DNA of 64,000 nt. Source: an archaeon (lineage in GTDB: Archaea; Asgardarchaeota; Thorarchaeia; Thorarchaeales; Thorarchaeaceae). A program made the translations under genes and the position numbers. The notes under the pieces are model-generated. The model saw only the letters and a program-made list of their open reading frames with translations, had not been told where the DNA came from and did not search any database. Every line of letters starts with the position of its first letter. Positions within the stretch are counted from its first letter, which is position 1. Location: assembly GCA_024276825.1 (NCBI GenBank), contig JAJRWI010000037.1, positions 1 through 64,000 of the forward strand, in the 5' to 3' direction. Of the stretch, positions 47,745 to 57,110 are shown piece by piece.

Positions 47745-50510
47745 GTGTGTTACACATTACTAATAGAATTAAATGAAATGGTGATGTTGCTATTGAACAG
47801 GTCAATCTTACTCGCATCCATGGCAGCTGTCCTTTTGGTCGCATCAATAGTGACTCCCGTTTCTGCTTACAATTTCGAGTACTACTATTTCAAGACTGAC
47901 AAGCTTGTTTATGAGGTTGGAGAAACAATTGATATGGTGGCAAAACTACTGGCTGAGTTTAGTAGTGAGGGTTGGTGCTATGTTTCTTTCGAAGTCATAA
48001 CAGATCAAGGATCGATATTTTACGACTCTTACATGATCCCATCATCCTCATCACCCCAATACCCCTCTTCTAGTTATACCATACATCCACAAGATACACA
48101 ACCTGGTATAAATGGCACCTCATCTCAGGCAATTTTTTTCGTCAAGATATTTGATACACTATCTGACGAGCTGACAGATGTAGTTGATATTCAAATTAAT
48201 CGTGGTAGTTTGGAGGTCATATCCCTCACACCTACATCTATCGAATATGGCATGAATACAACTCTTCAATTTAAAATACAGAGTACTCACACAGAATTGA
48301 TTCCATATGCGGGCCGTCCCGTTTCAATCCTATTGGAGGGATATTCTAATGAAACAATTTTCGCATATAACACGACCACAACAAATGATGGGACCCTTAA
48401 TATCAACTGGAATGCCACAACAGCCACACCCAACTCTTATAATCTGACAATTAGCACGCCCGGGGACTTCGATTTTAAGCCCATTTCGCAATCATTTGAT
48501 ATCACAGTGAATCCTGCAGGTTCATCGATTAATATTATCAACTATAATGACACGCTTTATTGTGTTAATCCTGACAAGACTAACATCAACAATCTTACAG
48601 TCCTTGTGGAGCATATTGACAAATCAGGTGTTCCAATTACCAATAGCAGTATTTATTGGAAGACAGACTTCTCTCAAGGCACATTCACTGAATCTAGCCT
48701 TGGGACATATCTGGCATACATTCCAGTCAATACAAGCCCCAGAACAGTGATTGTGAATCTGTCTTCTTATAATCCACTGTATATGTCTGCAAATCTCTCA
48801 CTTGAAGTAATCGTTCAGAAGAGGCCCGTATGCATACAGCTCTCTTCAATTGACAATGCAATATCAGGAGAACCCTTGAGAATCAGCATCAATGTTTACG
48901 ACAATCTTACAGGCACTGGGATTGAAGCAGTTCAATTAACTATGAATCTGCAAATCAATGATAATTATTCCATCTCGTTATTTGGCATGACTAATCAGAC
49001 AGGATGGGTCTTCTTCTCAACAAATATTCCTCCTGATACTTGGGGCAGCGCCTCTTTAAAAATAACCACGAATGATACTCAGTACTACGATGCCTCAATT
49101 CATCAAGAATTATTCAATGTCACTTTCAATCCCAACATTACAATTAATGTCATACAACCCCCAATTATTGGAAATGAAACCATACTCCAAGTACTTCTAA
49201 CTGATCCAGCAAGATGCCCTCTCCCTTGGGTGAATATTAGTTGCTTTGATATATATGATAACCTGATTGCCTCCTCTATTACGGACATTAATGGACTGTC
49301 CACACTTATTTGGTACGTGTCCAATAATAGTGCATACCTTCTTACAATTACTCTAATAATATCTGAAAATACATCTCTATTTCTCCACTCATACTCTTTG
49401 ACTGCAAATTACTCAGCACTTTATCCTGTGCGATTTACATCAAGCACGAGTTTCTATGAATATCAACGTGGGGACAATGCAACCATCTCTCTGAATCTGA
49501 CCTCGGATTATTTGAATGACTCGTCATTGATGGTCAGTATCAATGATTCTCTAGGCGATTTCAGTCTAGATATAATTGTAAATATTAATGATCCAATTGA
49601 CCTACTTCTTCCAACATACTCATTTAGTCAAGTGGGGCCTCACACCCTACAATTCCGTGTTACAAACGAGTCAGTCTGTTTGACCAATGATTACCAGATT
49701 GTCATCTATTTATTTGGCAGTTTAAACACGAACATATCAGTCTTTTCAGCTTATTATGGCAATGGACTATCATTGAATATCACCTGCGTTGATGATGCTG
49801 AAATGTTCCTTCCCCTTGTGAATATGTCGTATTTAATTGATTGGGACCCCTCCACTGAAATTCTTTTGAAAAACATTCCTTGCAATACACCCATAACCCT
49901 CCCGCTTCCATCAATAATCACTTTAGGATATCACACATTCTCAATTAATATATCCCGTTCTTGGTATCAATCAAGCAGTATTGTAACTCAGATGACCGTT
50001 AGACTATATACCAAGATAGTACTAAACATCACTATTGTTCCCTATATCCCTTCTATTGAATCATCAAGCAATTCTCATGATGTTAATACCGAAATAATTT
50101 CATCCGGATCAATCATTAGTCCGCCACCTATTTTGTTCAACATTACAACTTCAACATCACCAGCTGATGCTCTTTGTACTTCCCTTGAAAGCTGCCCTAA
50201 ATTCAGCTCAGGTACCAATATTCTGTCCACCGTATTTGAAAACTCTTCAATCACTCTGTCTGGAAATGGCCATATTGCTCTCAATCGAAGCGAACGAATC
50301 TTAGATGATATATTTTCATCAAACAATAACTCCTCTACTGCACGAGATGTACTGCCAAATGATATTATTCCCCACTCAGCTCTCTCTGGTCCAGAAATAA
50401 TCACGTCCGTAAGGGAATCCAAGTTATTTCGAATTTTGTTATTGATTCTCCTGACTAGGTCATTATGGACTTTTGGGTCTGATGTCTTTCTGAATCCCTG
50501 CAAATCATGA
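47745..50510 (+). CDS. Large secreted Ig-like/S-layer-like glycoprotein (last 436 nt antisense to korA)
   Basis: Signal peptide ...VTPVSA, TDKLVYEVGETI, TTNDG / TNQTG / TDING repeats, abundant N-x-S/T; true start probably an ATG near 47772-47784. Confidence 0.75.
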   Translation: MCYTLLIELNEMVMLLLNRSILLASMAAVLLVASIVTPVSAYNFEYYYFKTDKLVYEVGETIDMVAKLLAEFSSEGWCYVSFEVITDQGSIFYDSYMIPSSSSPQYPSSSYTIHPQDTQPGINGTSSQAIFFVKIFDTLSDELTDVVDIQINRGSLEVISLTPTSIEYGMNTTLQFKIQSTHTELIPYAGRPVSILLEGYSNETIFAYNTTTTNDGTLNINWNATTATPNSYNLTISTPGDFDFKPISQSFDITVNPAGSSINIINYNDTLYCVNPDKTNINNLTVLVEHIDKSGVPITNSSIYWKTDFSQGTFTESSLGTYLAYIPVNTSPRTVIVNLSSYNPLYMSANLSLEVIVQKRPVCIQLSSIDNAISGEPLRISINVYDNLTGTGIEAVQLTMNLQINDNYSISLFGMTNQTGWVFFSTNIPPDTWGSASLKITTNDTQYYDASIHQELFNVTFNPNITINVIQPPIIGNETILQVLLTDPARCPLPWVNISCFDIYDNLIASSITDINGLSTLIWYVSNNSAYLLTITLIISENTSLFLHSYSLTANYSALYPVRFTSSTSFYEYQRGDNATISLNLTSDYLNDSSLMVSINDSLGDFSLDIIVNINDPIDLLLPTYSFSQVGPHTLQFRVTNESVCLTNDYQIVIYLFGSLNTNISVFSAYYGNGLSLNITCVDDAEMFLPLVNMSYLIDWDPSTEILLKNIPCNTPITLPLPSIITLGYHTFSINISRSWYQSSSIVTQMTVRLYTKIVLNITIVPYIPSIESSSNSHDVNTEIISSGSIISPPPILFNITTSTSPADALCTSLESCPKFSSGTNILSTVFENSSITLSGNGHIALNRSERILDDIFSSNNNSSTARDVLPNDIIPHSALSGPEIITSVRESKLFRILLLILLTRSLWTFGSDVFLNPCKS

Positions 50511-51214
50511 GTTGATCCTGTAATTAGCAGATTATGTCCATCCCCAAATCTAGGCATTATGGCATGCCCATCATCATCCTGTTCACCATAAGGGCGTTGG
50601 CCCCTAAATGCAAACCTTCTCCTTACAATATGATCTCTCTCTTCATTGATTATAACTCTCTCTCGTGAATGTGCAACAACCTCATCAGTGAGAAGAACTA
50701 CTGGGTGTCGCAGGTATTCTGATATGCGAAATGCTTTGATTGTCAACTCAAAAGTTTCTTGTGCTGAATTCGGAGCAAGAACAACACTCTCATAATCTCC
50801 GTGAGTGCCCCATCTTGATTGCATGATGTCCCCTTGCGCAACTTTCGTTGCTTGCCCAGTACTTGGGCCTGCTCTCTGGACATCAACAATTACAATTGGG
50901 GTCTCAGTCATGGCAGCATATCCGATATTCTCCTGCATGAGACTGAATCCGGGCCCTGAAGTAGCAGTCATTGATAAGACACCTCCCCAAGAGGCTCCGA
51001 TTATTGCTGAGATCGCTCCAATCTCATCCTCCATCTGAAGATAGACGCCTCCAAGTTCTGGCAACTTGAGTGACATTATCTCTGCAATTTCAGAGGCAGG
51101 AGTGATTGGGTATCCTGCAAAAAACCTGCATCCTGCAGCAATTGCAGCCTCTGCACATGCTTGATTTCCCTGCCAAAAATGCACACCATCACTTTTTCTG
51201 GTCATGAGCAGCAC
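50075..51214 (-). CDS. korA: 2-oxoacid:ferredoxin oxidoreductase alpha subunit
   Basis: GNQACAE, FFAGYPITPASEI, QMEDEI, TATSGPGFSLMQE, QRAGPSTG, VPELNLGQL. Confidence 0.93.
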   Translation of the reverse strand: MLLMTRKSDGVHFWQGNQACAEAAIAAGCRFFAGYPITPASEIAEIMSLKLPELGGVYLQMEDEIGAISAIIGASWGGVLSMTATSGPGFSLMQENIGYAAMTETPIVIVDVQRAGPSTGQATKVAQGDIMQSRWGTHGDYESVVLAPNSAQETFELTIKAFRISEYLRHPVVLLTDEVVAHSRERVIINEERDHIVRRRFAFRGQRPYGEQDDDGHAIMPRFGDGHNLLITGSTHDLQGFRKTSDPKVHNDLVRRINNKIRNNLDSLTDVIISGPERAEWGIISFGSTSRAVEELLFDENISSKIRSLRLRAIWPFPDRVIEEFSNTVDRILVPELNLGQLSREVQRASAGDVEVVMLNKIGGGLMIDPDEIISVLTS

Positions 51215-51275
51215 TCAATGAAACTCCCACTTAATCATTTGATAAAGCTTCACATATGAAATCTCAAAAGTCATA

Positions 51276-51436
51276 GACAGCCTGAACTTGTTCAAACTTG
51301 TCATTGGAGGATGAATCAGTCTGAACAAGGATCATGCGTTTCCATCTTCTGAGAGTGGAAGTTGAAACACCTGTTTCTTTGCCATGACTTCTGCTCTGAC
51401 CAACATGACATCTTTGCACAAGTTTTCCACTTCTGA
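51276..51436 (-). mobile_element. Miniature IS607-derived element, copy 4
   Basis: Reverse complement aligns with the other copies; translates GVSTSTLRRWKR; ends ATGACAAGTTTGAACAAGTT. Confidence 0.75.
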
Positions 51437-51484
51437 ATCTCACAGTCCGATATTCTTTTATCAATATCAACAATCATTGGACCA

Positions 51485-51589
51485 GCGACCGTAGTCTAGT
51501 TTGGTTAGGACGGAGGCCTCCCAAGCCTCCAACCCGGGACGGCTTTGTGCATACACGCCGCGGGAATTCAAATCCCGGCGGTCGCACCA
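51485..51589 (+). tRNA. tRNA-Gly(CCC) with 28-nt T-arm intron (51539-51566, position 53/54)
   Basis: GAGGC-CT-CCC-AA-GCCTC; BHB helix CCCG/CGGG, bulges GG|A and AA|T; encoded CCA. Confidence 0.92.
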
Positions 51590-51810
51590 CCTTTGCAATT
51601 ATATTTATGAATATTAGCTATCTGCAGTCTTGTGGCGAGTAATGATTGGTATGACCCCTATGAGTTTGTTTCGAACAATGATATGGATCTTGAGTGCTGA
51701 ACTCGCCACACATTACTTTCGGCCACCTCTATTACTAATGTTCATTTAAACGAACAACGCACGCAATCCTTAAAAGAACATGTTCTCCAAAATACCATGG
51801 GCAAGGGACA

Positions 51811-53007
51811 ATGCACGATTTTATGGAAGATGAGCTCAATAGACCATCCGTAATCAAGAATGAATACTATCTGTCCATTGACTATGTTCCAGATAATCTC
51901 CCCCATCGCGATAAAGAACTCCGAACTCTTGCACAGGGATTTAAAGTCCTAATCAACTCTCCTGGAAAGACCAGCTTGAAATACATCATTGAGGGTCCTG
52001 TTGGCACAGGAAAGACTGCTGTTGCTAAATTGTTTGCTGATAAGATAATATCATCAGCAAATCTCAGGGGGATAAACTTGCATCAAATCCATATCAACTG
52101 TAGGATAAATAAAAGCCCCTACTTAATATATCTAAAGATATTACGAAAATTCCGACCCAATTTCCCCCGCAGAGGGCACTCTCCAGAAGAAGTACTGCAG
52201 ATGATTATTGAAATCCTTGATCAAAACGATCTCTACTTGTTATTGATTCTGGATGAACTTGATTACTTTATTAAACAAAAGGGCGCTGATATCCTCTACG
52301 ATTTGACCCGACTAATGGATGACCGACTAAATGAACCTCAGCGCATATCCATAATTGGAATAGGCAGAAGAATTCGTCTAGACGAGAGTGTGTTCGACCT
52401 GAGTACACTTAGTACTCTACAACAAAACATAATACGCTTTGACAAATACACAGTTCAAGAACTCTATGACATACTGAAATACCGTGTTCAACTTGCCTTT
52501 GAAGAAGATGTAGTAATGGATGAAACATTACAAGTAATATGTGACATCGCATCTGAGCGTGGAGACGCGCGATATGCTATTGAATTGTTATGGCGTGCAG
52601 GAAAACAGGCTGATGCATTAAATTCTAAAAAAGTAATTCCTGATTATGCTAGGCGTGCAAAGTCTGACACACATCCCGAATTGAGACGCGAAATATTTTC
52701 TGCCTTACCCTTTCACAACCAACTATTATTGATAGCGGCGGCTAGAATATTAAAGGAATCATGTAGTGCTTATGCAACCATAGGTGAGGTTGAAGACATG
52801 TACCATTCAGTTTGTGAGGAATATAATGAAGAACCACGTGCTCATACGCAAATATGGGAATGGGTCCAAGACTTATCAGCCCATGGTATAATCAGCTCAA
52901 AACGATCTGGGCAAGGGCAGCGCGGGCAGACAACCTTGATTGGTATATCCGATGTCCCAGCTGATCTATTGGAGCAATTCCTACTGAGTTTCATTGAAAA
53001 CCGGTGA
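51811..53007 (+). CDS. cdc6: Orc1/Cdc6 replication initiator
   Basis: DYVPDNLPHR, GPVGTGKT, INCR, LDELD, GDARYAIELLWRAG, C-terminal wHTH GQRGQTTLI. Confidence 0.97.
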   Translation: MHDFMEDELNRPSVIKNEYYLSIDYVPDNLPHRDKELRTLAQGFKVLINSPGKTSLKYIIEGPVGTGKTAVAKLFADKIISSANLRGINLHQIHINCRINKSPYLIYLKILRKFRPNFPRRGHSPEEVLQMIIEILDQNDLYLLLILDELDYFIKQKGADILYDLTRLMDDRLNEPQRISIIGIGRRIRLDESVFDLSTLSTLQQNIIRFDKYTVQELYDILKYRVQLAFEEDVVMDETLQVICDIASERGDARYAIELLWRAGKQADALNSKKVIPDYARRAKSDTHPELRREIFSALPFHNQLLLIAAARILKESCSAYATIGEVEDMYHSVCEEYNEEPRAHTQIWEWVQDLSAHGIISSKRSGQGQRGQTTLIGISDVPADLLEQFLLSFIENR

Positions 53008-53014
53008 TTGCATT

Positions 53015-53296
53015 ATGACTTCCAACATATCACGGACTGTGCCAATTGAAGAGATACTCTCCTCAAAAGGTAGAATAAAAATTCTAAAAGTACTCTCCAA
53101 AAGCTTGGAATTAAACATCTCTGAGATATGCCGACAAGTGGGACTGAATCATACGTCAACAAAATTGCATCTACAAATTCTCATAAAATCAGGATTGGTT
53201 GAGGAGAAAGTATTTGGACGCATCAAGATTTATCGCTACCGTATTGAAGATATGCGCGCACGCGCTTTACGAAACTTGCTGGAGATCTGGGTGTAG
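53015..53296 (+). CDS. ArsR-like winged-helix protein
   Basis: ILSSKGRIKILKVL, LNISEI.RQVGLNH, L..GLVEEK.FGRIKIYR. Confidence 0.85.
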   Translation: MTSNISRTVPIEEILSSKGRIKILKVLSKSLELNISEICRQVGLNHTSTKLHLQILIKSGLVEEKVFGRIKIYRYRIEDMRARALRNLLEIWV

Positions 53297-53299
53297 ATA

Positions 53300-54115
53300 T
53301 TGATTGAAACACTAGTCCGTATTTTTTATCTTGGTACAAACTATCATGGCTCACAATGGCAGCCTGGAATCCGCACAATACATGGTGAGTTGCTAGATGC
53401 ATTAAGTCAATGGCAAGACTCCACTGTGTTTCCAGATGCAGTATGTTTTGCAGGTAGAACAGACAAGGGAGTCCATAGTTTTGGCCAACTTGCTTTAATC
53501 AAATCAGAGTCTACAATCAATATTGATCGTATCAATAGATATCTTCCCCCTGATATTGTCCTTTGGGCATACCGCCCTTCGCCAAAGGGATTTAGGCCTC
53601 GGTTTGACACACTCATAAGACACTATTGCTATTTCTTTAGCCGAAACTCCAAACTCAATTTGGATGATATGAGAACAGCACTTCAATATTTAATTGGTAC
53701 TCACAACTTCTGCCAACTGTCAAAACCTGATGGCAATCGCCCTCCTATAACAACAATCCTTAATGTGTCTCTTATCGATCAAAATGATGTTCTGTGCCTT
53801 GATATTATTGGCACTAACTTCCTCTGGAAACTTGTTCGGAAAGTCGTTACCCTAATCAATCAAATTGGATTTGGCGACTACGCTCCCTCTATTGTTCATG
53901 ATATATTAGAGAACAATATCAATATTCGTGGTGGAATTGAACCAGCTCCACCAGAGGGCCTCTTCCTTATGGAGTCCGTTGTTCCCTTTACCTTCAAAAC
54001 AAGCAAGAATGCAATACGCAGAATTAAATCTTTAATGAAAGACAAAATAGAATCTTTGAAACATCAACTGATATCACTCACTGCTTTCTTCAATTCTATC
54101 CTCGGCCATCAATAA
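53300..54115 (+). CDS. truA: tRNA pseudouridine(38-40) synthase
   Basis: YLGTNYHGSQWQP, AGRTDKGVHS, GTHNF, FLWKLVRK, PAPPEGL. Confidence 0.95.
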   Translation: MIETLVRIFYLGTNYHGSQWQPGIRTIHGELLDALSQWQDSTVFPDAVCFAGRTDKGVHSFGQLALIKSESTINIDRINRYLPPDIVLWAYRPSPKGFRPRFDTLIRHYCYFFSRNSKLNLDDMRTALQYLIGTHNFCQLSKPDGNRPPITTILNVSLIDQNDVLCLDIIGTNFLWKLVRKVVTLINQIGFGDYAPSIVHDILENNINIRGGIEPAPPEGLFLMESVVPFTFKTSKNAIRRIKSLMKDKIESLKHQLISLTAFFNSILGHQ

Positions 54116-55310
54116 TTGCCTTTTTGACACCTAACCACTCACTGATTTGTACCCTTATTTTTGGAGTTCTCTTGATTAAAACATCTATTAATTTAAGGTG
54201 TGTTCTTTGAATCCTTTTCTTGCTCACACCTGTAGTCATTGCTAACCTCTTAATCAGACTCATACGTTTGGTCCTTCTTCTATTTCCCTGCCAGACAAGA
54301 AGTGGCCAAGTTGGCTCTGTATATCTTACTTTTTTAAAAGAAGTTGTCTTGCGACTTGTTGCAATTCCTGCTGAGAGAAAATCATAGACGTATGAGAGCA
54401 ATCTCCAGTCTTGATTGATTGAAATCTTTCCAATTAGAAAATCAGCATTAGAAAGCGCATCGTAGGCATCCTCAAGCTCCCTTGGCAACTCTAGATGCAA
54501 ATGGATGTTCTCCTCAAGCCATAAGAGCAGCTTCTCATGGTCTATATCAACCTCACTAATCACCATTTTTGCAGTTCTTGCATTGTTTGCCATCAATAGT
54601 CTCCTTATGGCATTTTCAATACCCCTTCGTACATCTCTTGAAGCAAACTCTGGCACTACAGATGTCATCCCCCCCTTGATATGAGCTTCGAGGTCTGAAA
54701 TTGCTGCTCGCAGATCCCCCCTTGCATTCTCAACAATATATTCAAGCACAACATCATCAACATGAACCTGTTGACTCTCAATGATTCGTCTTAGTACATT
54801 TAACATGTCCTTCTCTTGAATAGTTGAAAATCGAAAGACTCGTGAAACCTTAAACAAATCCTTGATTTTGGGATTATCAGGATCGTTTGCAGTCATAACG
54901 ATTGGATGCAACGTTATGCTCAAAACCTTTAGAATTGCTCCAATTCCTCCTCTGTCACCAGTACCAGACAGTCCGTCAACCTCGTCGAGCAAAATGAGAC
55001 GCAACTCACCCCCAAGGGTTTCTTGAGTGGCAGCCTGCATAACCTGATCCTCAATGACTGCCTTGTTCCGTTTGTCACTTGCATTAAACTCAACAATTTC
55101 CAATCCTGCATCCTTTGCCATTGCCAGTGTTGTTGCAGTTTTTCCAACTCCTGGCGGCCCAATTAGTAATGCCCCTCGTTTTTCAGGCATTTTCCTAAAC
55201 CATGTGTTCAACCACTCATTGAATCCTTTGATGGCATCTCTATTTCCAACTACTTCTTTCAAGCTTGTGGGCCGATAAAGTTCAGTCCATGGTAATGTAC
55301 TCTCACTCAT
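54096..55310 (-). CDS. rfcL: Replication factor C large subunit
   Basis: PWTELYRP, GPPGVGKT, EFNASDKR, LDEVDG, GDLRAAI.DL, WLEEN. Confidence 0.95.
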   Translation of the reverse strand: MSESTLPWTELYRPTSLKEVVGNRDAIKGFNEWLNTWFRKMPEKRGALLIGPPGVGKTATTLAMAKDAGLEIVEFNASDKRNKAVIEDQVMQAATQETLGGELRLILLDEVDGLSGTGDRGGIGAILKVLSITLHPIVMTANDPDNPKIKDLFKVSRVFRFSTIQEKDMLNVLRRIIESQQVHVDDVVLEYIVENARGDLRAAISDLEAHIKGGMTSVVPEFASRDVRRGIENAIRRLLMANNARTAKMVISEVDIDHEKLLLWLEENIHLHLELPRELEDAYDALSNADFLIGKISINQDWRLLSYVYDFLSAGIATSRKTTSFKKVRYTEPTWPLLVWQGNRRRTKRMSLIKRLAMTTGVSKKRIQRTHLKLIDVLIKRTPKIRVQISEWLGVKKAIIDGRG

Positions 55311-55334
55311 TTTCTCTCACTTTACTGAATTTGC

Positions 55335-56285
55335 TTATTCTCCAGTCACTCTAGCAAGCAAAGACGTTAATTGGACTTCTCCATCTGCCCCTTCTGAAAT
55401 CCTGTATTCTGCATCAGCAGTTTGTTTTAATAATCGCATTCTAATATCCTCAGGCAATTCCTCATCAATAAGTAATCGATGAATTTGTCTGACTAGATCG
55501 ACAGGCGATATCCCCTGCTGATAAAGCAGACCTCTTAAAATCTCTACGCTCTCAATATACTTCTTCTCCCTTGCATTATCAAGCATCTGCTTAATGAGCC
55601 TTGGATCGGCACGACCTGAAATTGCATAGACAATTTTTGAGGTCACCTCTTTTCCAGTTGAAGCGGCAGCCTGCAACAGATTGATTGCGGCTCGCATATC
55701 GCCTTGAACCAGATATAGGATACTTTCTATTCCATCCTTACTTACTTTTACCCCCTCTTTTTTAGCAATGTATCCCAATCTTGCTGCAATATCCTGATCA
55801 TCCAATCTGGCGAATTTAAAGATTGCACATCTGGATTGAATGGGTGGGATTATTCTACTTGAATAGTTACAAATCAGGATCATTCTACAAGATGATGCAT
55901 ATGCCTCCATTGTTCTTCGAAGAGCATGCTGAGCATCTGCGGTTAGATGATCTGCCTCATCAAGAACCAATATCTTAAAGGGCGCCCCACTCGCAGGAAG
56001 GGTCCTTGCAAAACTCTTGATCTGATTCCTGACAACATCTATGCCTCTCTCATCACTTGCATTGAGTTCCATGAAATTACGGTCGAAAGAATTTCCAAAT
56101 AGGTCTCTTGCAAGCGCTATTGCAGCAGTTGTTTTACTGGTTCCTGGGGGGCCAGAAAAGAGACAATGCGGCAGAGCTTTTCTCTCGACAAAATTACTCA
56201 GTTTTTCAATAATTGCCTCTTGCCCCGCTACATCTTTTAATGTCTTAGGCCTATATTTCTCTGTCCACAAATCCATCTCCATCAA
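55335..56285 (-). CDS. rfcS: Replication factor C small subunit
   Basis: WTEKYRP, ELNASDERGIDVVR, LDEAD.LT.DAQ.ALRRTME, PIQSRC. Confidence 0.97.
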   Translation of the reverse strand: MMEMDLWTEKYRPKTLKDVAGQEAIIEKLSNFVERKALPHCLFSGPPGTSKTTAAIALARDLFGNSFDRNFMELNASDERGIDVVRNQIKSFARTLPASGAPFKILVLDEADHLTADAQHALRRTMEAYASSCRMILICNYSSRIIPPIQSRCAIFKFARLDDQDIAARLGYIAKKEGVKVSKDGIESILYLVQGDMRAAINLLQAAASTGKEVTSKIVYAISGRADPRLIKQMLDNAREKKYIESVEILRGLLYQQGISPVDLVRQIHRLLIDEELPEDIRMRLLKQTADAEYRISEGADGEVQLTSLLARVTGE

Positions 56286-56358
56286 GGCAAACCATCCACA
56301 CTTTTATTTCATCAACTCAATATAAGGGACACAGGAAAATATTCGTTGTGCCTTTAAA

Positions 56359-56967
56359 TTGCTTGTTGAAATAGAACCACATTGGTTGGTGAAATCTATG
56401 AATCTTATACCATCTCATGAAGAAGAACTTGATCGCATTCAAATGGAATTCTTAAACGATAAGCGTGTCTGTGAGTTTCTACGAAACACCCCAGAAATTG
56501 CCATTGGCAGCCAGACCATTGGGCCCTTTAAGAAAGGGAGTAGAGCTGAGCTTCCAAATTGGATTATTGAAATTCTCAGAAGTCAAAAAATTGCACGTCT
56601 AATACCAGCCGAAAACTATGACTCCTCAAGAGTTATTGAAAATCTATATCGTGAAGAGCAAAAAAAGAAACACGGCTCATTACAGACCCTTCCCCCATTC
56701 CTATATACTGCAACCAATCGTCGTATCTTCCTGCTTCAATGTGACAAGACCACCTTGGATCCAGTTTCTATTGACGAGATTGAACGCTTGCAGACCCGAT
56801 TAAACTCATTAATTGAAACCCGGCAACTCAAAATCATTCGGGCTGCAACATCAAACGCGTGCTTAAAATGGCAGGCTCATCTGACGCGAGAAGAACGAAT
56901 ACTATGTGAACAAATATCAAGCATAATCACCTCATGGAAAAAGCAGACAATCAGATGGAATGCATGA
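56359..56967 (+). CDS. GINS subunit, Gins23 (Psf2/Psf3-like)
   Basis: N-terminal B domain GPFKKGSRAELPNW, helical A domain LQTLPPFLY, R..KI, LTREE; directly upstream of mcm. Confidence 0.8.
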   Translation: MLVEIEPHWLVKSMNLIPSHEEELDRIQMEFLNDKRVCEFLRNTPEIAIGSQTIGPFKKGSRAELPNWIIEILRSQKIARLIPAENYDSSRVIENLYREEQKKKHGSLQTLPPFLYTATNRRIFLLQCDKTTLDPVSIDEIERLQTRLNSLIETRQLKIIRAATSNACLKWQAHLTREERILCEQISSIITSWKKQTIRWNA

Positions 56968-57110
56968 GTTTCAGTTGTAGTCTTACAGGAGCTTAAATAA
57001 GCACAACTAAAAATAATATCTGGAAGATGATTCTCCATTAGTCTGTGCAGTCACACATTACATCCATGTGAATGTAAGCAACTTTGGAGCAGATCACGAG
57101 GCGTGTCTGA

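Noticed and set aside
51590-51810. Origin immediately upstream of cdc6
   Set aside because: No ORB-like TCCA..GAAA...GGGG motif and no long AT-rich stretch
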